Shown: positions 58,363 through 64,000 of the stretch, piece by piece
How positions within the stretch are numbered: position 1 is the first letter of the stretch
Layout of the letters: each line of letters opens with the position of its first letter
From: Nannocystis bainbridge
GTDB lineage: Bacteria; Myxococcota_A; Polyangia; Nannocystales; Nannocystaceae
Length of the DNA: 64,000 nucleotides
Reading direction: 5' to 3'
Assembly: GCF_028368995.1 (NCBI RefSeq)
Contig: NZ_JAQNDL010000001.1
Coordinates: forward strand, 3,392,001 to 3,456,000
The notes under the pieces: model-generated
The model's database searches: none
Told to the model about the DNA's origin: nothing
Seen by the model: the letters and a program-made list of their open reading frames with translations, nothing else
Made by a program: the position numbers and the translations under genes

Positions 58363-58410
58363 AAAACTATGTACGTGATACATTAAATCATGTACGGTCT
58401 ACATAGTTTT
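58363..58410. promoter_or_regulatory. Double palindromic operator, probably for the TetR protein
   Basis: ATGTACGTGATACAT (58369-58383) and ATGTACGGTCTACAT (58390-58404), inside the outer inverted repeat AAAACTATGTA...TACATAGTTTT. Confidence 0.75.
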
Positions 58411-58427
58411 CTCTGAACGGAGCCCTG

Positions 58428-59114
58428 ATGCCGCCCACGCCCTCCTCCTCGCCCCTCCGCCGTTCGCCTGCGATGCTCGCGCTGACGCTCACGGCGCTGG
58501 CGTTCCTCGCGTTCTCGCTGCCGCCCTACCTGTCGCTGGACCCGGCCCGCTCGCGCGTGCCGCCGCCGCCGGGGGTGCCCGGCTACTTCGCGGCCCTGGT
58601 CGTGCACGTGACCTGCGGGGCGGTGGCGATGGCGACCTGCTGCCTGCAGATCTGGCCGTGGCTGCGCCGCCGAAGCCCGGCGGTGCACCGGCTCGTCGGC
58701 CGCGTCTACGTGCTCGCCGGGGTGGTCCCGAGCGCGCTGGCCGGCATCTACGTGGCCTGCCACTCGCCGTTCGGGCCGCTCACAGGCGCCAGCAGCCTGG
58801 TGCTCGCGCCGCTGTGGCTGACGGTGACGACGATGGCGGTGCTGCGGGCCCGCCAGCGCCGCCTGGGGGCGCATCGGCGCTGGGCGATCCGCAGCTTCGC
58901 GCTGACGATGTCGATCGTGCTCAACCGCCTGCTCGTGGTGCCGGTGTTCGTGACCCTGTACCTGCTGTTCGGCGGGGACGACGAGGCGCGGCTGCAGCAG
59001 ATCGGCGCACCGATCGTGGCCTGGTCGAGCTGGATCGTCGCGCTCTCGCTGGCCGAGCGCCACCTGCGACGCGAAGCCAGGTCCTCGCGGCCCGACGCAC
59101 GCGCGCTCGACTGA
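58428..59114 (+). CDS. DUF2306 membrane protein
   Basis: LV.HV..G..A.....LQ.WP.LR......HR..GR.Y; HRRW.IRSFALT. Confidence 0.85.
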   Translation: MPPTPSSSPLRRSPAMLALTLTALAFLAFSLPPYLSLDPARSRVPPPPGVPGYFAALVVHVTCGAVAMATCCLQIWPWLRRRSPAVHRLVGRVYVLAGVVPSALAGIYVACHSPFGPLTGASSLVLAPLWLTVTTMAVLRARQRRLGAHRRWAIRSFALTMSIVLNRLLVVPVFVTLYLLFGGDDEARLQQIGAPIVAWSSWIVALSLAERHLRREARSSRPDARALD

Positions 59115-59319
59115 AGGCCGCGGGCGCACGAAGTTTTATGGCCTTTGAGACAGGTCATAAACCGCAAGGCTCAGCGGTAAACCCGATCATCTTCGCTCGA
59201 AAATCCCCATTAACTAACCATCGTTTTATTTCTTTTAATATTTAAGTGGGCCATACTGACGGAATGATGAGTTTGAGCGCTTCGCGCCATCGCCTCGTCC
59301 GCGCCCCCTCGATCTGGCG

Positions 59320-59351
59320 AAAGGGACATGTTTTTAAAAACATGTCCCTTT
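59320..59351. repeat. Perfect 32-bp palindrome built from two CATG units 14 bp apart
   Basis: AAAGGGACATGTTTTTAAAAACATGTCCCTTT; the second CATG supplies a likely start codon. Confidence 0.85.
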
Positions 59352-60292
59352 GTTTCACTGCAGCGGTCGCGCTGAGCGGCTGCGTGTCGCGGCCGGGCGA
59401 CTTCGGGGACAGCGCCACCGAGGCCGGTGACCCGACCGGCGACACCAGCGGCGCGGCGACCTCCGCACCGGGCACCTCGACCGTGACGAGCACCTCGACC
59501 GTGACGGGCGCGACGAATCCGGGCACGACCACCGGACCCGACGACGAGCCGGTCCCCAGCACCACTGACTTTCCGTCGAGCACCGGCCACGACTTCATCA
59601 TGCCGCTCGACGGCGGCGGCCTCGGCAACGAGTGCGATCCGTTCGCGCAGGACTGTCCCGTGGGCCAGAAGTGCATGCCCTACTCGGGCGACGGCGACCA
59701 CGCCTGGGAGAGCCTCAAGTGCGTCGAAGTCGTGTCCGACCCCGACGGGCTCTACGAGCCCTGCGAGGTGTTCGGCTCCCCGGTCAGCGGCGAGGACTCC
59801 TGCGACGTCGGCCAAATGTGCTGGGACGTGGAGGACGGCGTCGGCACCTGCGTCGGCCTGTGCACCGGCAGTCACGACGCTCCGACCTGCGCCGATCCGT
59901 CCTCGACCTGCCACCTCAGCTCCGACGGCGTGATCGCCCTGTGCCTGAAGCCCTGCGATCCGCTGCTGCAGGACTGTCCGGGCGGTGATCTGTGCATCCC
60001 CTCGCCCTCGAACCCCGGCACGTTCGTCTGCATCCTCGACGCCGGCGGCGAGGAGGGCCAGGCGCTCGACCCCTGCGAGTACGCCAACGTCTGCGACCCC
60101 GGCCTCTACTGCCTCGACCCGGCGCTGGGCGCCGAGTGCGACCCGCAAGTGATCGGCTGCTGCCTGCCGTTCTGCGACATAACGCTGCCGAACACCTGCC
60201 CCGGCGCGGGCCAGGAGTGCCTGCCGTGGTGGGGCGACGAACCGGCCCCGCCCGTGCACGCGAACCTCGGGGTCTGCAGCCTGCCCCAATGA
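59342..60292 (+). CDS. Cys-rich myxobacterial lipoprotein, paralog 1
   Basis: Lipobox LSGC; CDPFAQDCP.GQKCMPY, CDPLLQDC, GCCLPFCD, LGVC.LP. Confidence 0.88.
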   Translation: MSLCFTAAVALSGCVSRPGDFGDSATEAGDPTGDTSGAATSAPGTSTVTSTSTVTGATNPGTTTGPDDEPVPSTTDFPSSTGHDFIMPLDGGGLGNECDPFAQDCPVGQKCMPYSGDGDHAWESLKCVEVVSDPDGLYEPCEVFGSPVSGEDSCDVGQMCWDVEDGVGTCVGLCTGSHDAPTCADPSSTCHLSSDGVIALCLKPCDPLLQDCPGGDLCIPSPSNPGTFVCILDAGGEEGQALDPCEYANVCDPGLYCLDPALGAECDPQVIGCCLPFCDITLPNTCPGAGQECLPWWGDEPAPPVHANLGVCSLPQ

Positions 60293-60330
60293 CCATGCCC
60301 GTTCCGACATGTCCTATGAGACATCCAAAC

Positions 60331-61269
60331 ATGCAACTCCGCGTCCTCCCGCTGCTGCTCGTCACCGCCTGCTCCCCGCGCCCGCTCGGCGACACCGAGA
60401 CCAGCGCCGGCGGGACCACCACCACCGGCTCCGGGACGACCGCCAGCACCGCCTCGCCGCCCAGCCCGACCACGGGCACCGCCGATCCGCCGCCCGGGAC
60501 GACCGGCGGGCCCGACACGGCGGAGACCCTCACGGACGGCTCGACCGCCCCGCCGGACAGCTCCGGCAGCGAATTCATCGCACCGCCCGACGGCGGCCCG
60601 TCGACCAAGGAGTGCTATCAATGGGCGCAGGACTGTCCCGAGGGCCAGAAGTGCATGCCCTACTCGGGCGACGGCGACAACGCGTGGGAGAGCCTCAAGT
60701 GCGTCGATGTCGTGCCCGACCCCGACGGGCTCTACGAGCCCTGCGAGGTGTTCGGCTCCCCGGTCAGCGGCGAGGACACCTGCGACGTCGGCCTGATGTG
60801 CTGGGACGTGGTCGACGGCAAGGGCAAATGCATGGGCATGTGCACCGGCAGCCCCGACAAGCCGGGCTGCACCGACCCGGAGGCGTCTTGCTACCTCACC
60901 GCCGACGCCGTGGTCACCCTGTGCTTCCCGCACTGCGATCCGCTGCAGCAGGACTGCGAGGCCGACGAACTGTGCCTCCCTCTACCCTCGGGCGATGCTT
61001 TCATCTGCGTCTCCGACGCCAGCGGCGAGGGGGGCCAGACGTTCGACCCCTGCACTTACATCAGCGCCTGCGACGCCGGCCTCCTGTGCCTCAACCCGGA
61101 GCTGGCCGTCGAGTGCGACCCGCAGCAGATCGGCTGCTGCCTCCCGTTCTGCGACACCTCGCTGCCGAACACCTGCCCCGGCGCGGGCCAGGAGTGCCTG
61201 TCATGGTGGGACAACGCACCGCCCTCGCCGGAGCTCGCCAACCTCGGGGTCTGCAGCCTGCCCCAGTGA
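60331..61269 (+). CDS. Cys-rich myxobacterial lipoprotein, paralog 2
   Basis: Lipobox VTAC; same Cys pattern and long identical DNA stretches shared with paralog 1. Confidence 0.88.
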   Translation: MQLRVLPLLLVTACSPRPLGDTETSAGGTTTTGSGTTASTASPPSPTTGTADPPPGTTGGPDTAETLTDGSTAPPDSSGSEFIAPPDGGPSTKECYQWAQDCPEGQKCMPYSGDGDNAWESLKCVDVVPDPDGLYEPCEVFGSPVSGEDTCDVGLMCWDVVDGKGKCMGMCTGSPDKPGCTDPEASCYLTADAVVTLCFPHCDPLQQDCEADELCLPLPSGDAFICVSDASGEGGQTFDPCTYISACDAGLLCLNPELAVECDPQQIGCCLPFCDTSLPNTCPGAGQECLSWWDNAPPSPELANLGVCSLPQ

Positions 61270-61318
61270 CCATCTCTTCTTAAAAAGAGAGACGACATGT
61301 CCCACGAGACATGTCTTC

Positions 61319-61385
61319 ATGTCACTCCGCGCCCTCCCGCTGCTCCTCGTCCAAGCCTGCTCGCAGCGCTTGGGCGGCGACTTCC
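61319..61385 (+). pseudogene. Truncated third paralog (signal peptide only)
   Basis: MSLRALPLLLVQACSQRLGGD matches MQLRVLPLLLVTACSPRPLGD, then similarity stops. Confidence 0.6.
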
Positions 61386-61499
61386 GGGTTCACCTGATCG
61401 GGGTCCACCTCGACGATCGATCCGCCCTGCGAAGGTCCGTGAGCGTCACGGGCCGAACGCATGCCCCCAAAGGACATGTCGCAGCGAGAGACCGCTGCG

Positions 61500-62276
61500 T
61501 CAGCCGCGGCGCTTCGCCGGCTTCGCAGCGGCCGTCTTCGCCCCCGCTGCCTTGTTCGCGCCGGCTTGCTTCTTCGCCCCCGCCGCCTTCTTCGCGCCCG
61601 CTTGCTTCTTCGCGCTTGCCGCCTTCTCCGCGCCGGCTTGCTTCTTCGCCCCCGCCGCCTTTGCGCCCACTGCCTTTGTGCGCGCCGCCTTCTTCGCGCT
61701 CGCTTGCTTCTTCGCCCCCGCCGCCTCTGTGCCCACCTCCTTTGTGCGCGCTGCCTTCTTCGCCCCGGCGGCCTTCTTCGCCCCGGCGGCCTTCTTCGCC
61801 CCGGCGGCCTTCTTCGCCCCCGTCACCTTCGCGTTCCCAGCACCTGCCCCTTCGGGCATGCCCTTACGACCAGGTCCCTTCGCACCTGTCCCCGCAGACA
61901 TGCCCCTCGGGCCACCCGGCTCCATCGCCCCCGAGAGCTTCTTCGGCGCCACCGCCCGATAGCTCTCCGCCAGCCACTCCGCCAGCAGCCCGATCGGCAG
62001 CGCCTCGGCGACCGAGAAGCTCGCTGTCACCCAGCCGCTCTTGCCGAGCCCGTAGCCGGTCGGCGACGCGAACGGCAGCAGCAGCGCCGCCCCGTGCGAC
62101 GCCGGCAGCTTGACCGACAGGGTCAGCGTCCCCGCCTCGCCGCCCATGAACAGGAACGCCTTGCCGCGGACCTTCACCGCCGTGTGGCCCCACGGGAACT
62201 CCTCGACCGCCTCGGGATAGGCGAGGGCCAGCGCCCGCACCTGCTCTGCTCCGGCTCCGATCGCCTGCTTCGTCAT
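61500..62276 (-). CDS. MmcQ/YjbR-family protein with Lys/Ala-rich histone-like tail
   Basis: ALAYPEA.EEFPWG...KVRGK.F, KL, PTGYGLGKSGWV, ESYR.VAPKKL; tail of AGAKK repeats. Confidence 0.88.
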   Translation of the reverse strand: MTKQAIGAGAEQVRALALAYPEAVEEFPWGHTAVKVRGKAFLFMGGEAGTLTLSVKLPASHGAALLLPFASPTGYGLGKSGWVTASFSVAEALPIGLLAEWLAESYRAVAPKKLSGAMEPGGPRGMSAGTGAKGPGRKGMPEGAGAGNAKVTGAKKAAGAKKAAGAKKAAGAKKAARTKEVGTEAAGAKKQASAKKAARTKAVGAKAAGAKKQAGAEKAASAKKQAGAKKAAGAKKQAGANKAAGAKTAAAKPAKRRG

Positions 62277-62363
62277 GATCGCCTCGCGCGCGGTTTCACC
62301 CCTGGGGTCTCACGCGCGATGCACCCTGTCAAGCGGCCGTAATTCGCTACCATCCGCGGCGCC

Positions 62364-62990
62364 ATGCGTCCGCCGCACAAGTTTTACATCGACACTCACA
62401 AGGGCGCCACGGCCCTCGCCGTGCTGGCCCTCATCGCCGGGTACGACGCCTGGCACAACGAGACCGCGTGGATCTACCTCGCCCTCCACGGCACCTACGG
62501 CCTGCTGTGGATCTGGAAGAGCCGGCGCTTCCCCGACAAGCAATGGGAGCAGGCGGTCACGCCGGCCTACGGCCTGCTCACGTGGTTCACGCTCACCCTC
62601 TATTGGGTCGGGCCGTGGATCATCGTCCGCGACGACCTCCACGCCGCGCCGTGGCTGCTCGCGCTGTGCGTGGCGATGTGGGGCCTCGGCGTGTTCCTCC
62701 ACTTCGCCGCCGACATGCAGAAGCACATGCACCTGAAGCTCGCGCCCGGCACCCTGCTCGTCGACGGCCTGTGGTCGCGCTCGCGCAACCCCAACTACCT
62801 CGGCGAGCTGCTCATCTACAGCGGCTTCTGCCTGCTGTCGCGCCACTGGGCGCCGATGCTCGTGCTCGGCGCGATGTTCTTCGGCGTGTGGCTGCCCAAC
62901 ATGCTGAAGAAGGACGCCTCGCTGGCCCGCTACCCCGGATTCGCGGCCTGGAAGGCGCGCACCAGCCTGATCATCCCGGGCCTGCTGTGA
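62364..62990 (+). CDS. DUF1295 / steroid 5-alpha-reductase-like membrane protein
   Basis: ID.HKG.T, ADMQK, DGLW..SRNPNYLGE.LIY, SL.RYP.F..WK..T...IP. Confidence 0.88.
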   Translation: MRPPHKFYIDTHKGATALAVLALIAGYDAWHNETAWIYLALHGTYGLLWIWKSRRFPDKQWEQAVTPAYGLLTWFTLTLYWVGPWIIVRDDLHAAPWLLALCVAMWGLGVFLHFAADMQKHMHLKLAPGTLLVDGLWSRSRNPNYLGELLIYSGFCLLSRHWAPMLVLGAMFFGVWLPNMLKKDASLARYPGFAAWKARTSLIIPGLL

Positions 62991-63042
62991 GCGAAACACA
63001 CGAGGACCGGGCCGCACCGCCGACCCGGCCCTCGCGTGCACC

Positions 63043-64000
63043 TCACGGGTCGACCAGCAGCCCGCTCGGCACGCTGGCGGGGACCAGGTGCGAGAAGTCG
63101 GCGCCGTTGTCGTCGCTGAGCGCGTGGAGGAACTGGACCAGGTTGTCGAGCGCGAGCGGCCCGCCGATGTCCACCGTGTAGAGCAGCGGGTCGACGCCCG
63201 CGGCGATGATCGCGTGGCGGTTCTCGAGCATCTGCGAGTGCATCGCCACCTCGTCCACGCTGTCGCTGATGTCGTAGCCCAGCAGCGACAGCACCGGGAA
63301 GCGGTAGTGACGCAAGAAGTCCTTGATGTCGTTGTAATGGCTCTGCCGACCCCAAGGCCCGGTCAGCATGACGTTGCGCAGCGGCGGCGTGCGCCACGCG
63401 TACTTGTCGGCCGTCTTGCCCGACAGCCGCATGCGCCCGAAATCGTCGAGCCCGCCCGGCCCGTCGCCGCCCGGCACCGTGCCGCCCGGCCCGAATTGCG
63501 GCGCCAGCGTCTTGTGAAAGTCCTCGTCGGTGAACGCGTTGCCGGCGTGACAGGACGTGCAATTGCCCTGATCGGGGTTGAGGAAGCGGCGCGCGCCCGC
63601 CAGCTGCTGCAGGCTCAGCGCATTGTCGTCACCCGGGATGAGCCCGCCGGTCGCGGGGTCGATGCGGCCGACGAACCGGTCCCACGGCGTATCGTTGGAG
63701 AAGAACGCGCGGAACTCGTAGGCCGCGATCGCGTTGCCCGCGTAGGCGAAATGCATGTCCTCGAACGCGACGCCGGGGTAGGCCGCCTCGAACATATCGA
63801 CATATTCGGGGATCGACCCGAGCCGCCCCATCATCTTGCCCCACGCGCACAGCATCAGGTTGAACGCCGGGTTGTCCTGCGGACATTCGGTCGTGAAGTC
63901 GTTCTCGCCGGGGAAGCCGAGCATCTCCTGGTCGGTCACCTGCGGCATCATCGCCTGCCCGGCCGCCGCCCGCATGTCGGGGTCGAAGGCGTCGTCCTGC
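63043..64000 (-). CDS. Cytochrome c peroxidase/MauG-family protein (5' part outside the window)
   Basis: Y..MF..AY, AIAAYE, TPWDRF..GD..ALS, CTSCHAG..FTD, RTPPLRNV..TGPW. Confidence 0.88.
   Translation of the reverse strand, partial: QDDAFDPDMRAAAGQAMMPQVTDQEMLGFPGENDFTTECPQDNPAFNLMLCAWGKMMGRLGSIPEYVDMFEAAYPGVAFEDMHFAYAGNAIAAYEFRAFFSNDTPWDRFVGRIDPATGGLIPGDDNALSLQQLAGARRFLNPDQGNCTSCHAGNAFTDEDFHKTLAPQFGPGGTVPGGDGPGGLDDFGRMRLSGKTADKYAWRTPPLRNVMLTGPWGRQSHYNDIKDFLRHYRFPVLSLLGYDISDSVDEVAMHSQMLENRHAIIAAGVDPLLYTVDIGGPLALDNLVQFLHALSDDNGADFSHLVPASVPSGLLVDP

Noticed and set aside
59342-61269. Paralog pair as a DGR template/variable repeat
   Set aside because: Both are full ORFs, the differences are not confined to adenines, and no DGR-type RT is present.
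63043-64000. MauG-like gene as the maturation partner of SBP56
   Set aside because: It is more than 33 kb away and incomplete in this window, and this SBP56 lacks a signal peptide; nothing links them.

Overview
Very GC-rich bacterial DNA. Its gene content points to a myxobacterium, probably Nannocystis-like (inference from the many Thr-rich-stalk lipoproteins, Cys-rich DUF4215 repeats and a MYXO-CTERM-like motif). It holds about 55 plausible genes; most long Arg/Pro-rich ORFs in the track are shadow frames. No rRNA, tRNA or CRISPR array was recognised. Main observations: (1) a complete group II intron (minus strand, 3930->1916) inserted directly after a host ATG, with EBS1 reading that ATG and a non-canonical 3' end (...ACCAATG, matched by gamma=C) that rebuilds a start codon for the 3' exon; (2) about 20 dispersed arrays of the palindrome GACATGTC repeated at a 14-bp period, both between and inside genes; (3) a 4.6-kb T6SS effector cassette (PAAR-like, putative effector and immunity, DUF2169, thiolase-like) bounded by a duplicated 3' end of a divergent EF-Tu paralog that lacks the catalytic His; (4) an rbfA-like/rtcB operon with a structured leader; (5) a TlpA/DUF3570/DUF4266/DUF2271 redox cluster with unusual fusions that shares a Fur-like box with a TonB receptor-HmuY-HemS heme operon. 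Also present are an orphan vgrG-lipase locus, two candidate defence modules and an SBP56/V4R/hybrid-kinase region. All family assignments come from motif recognition by eye, not database searches.
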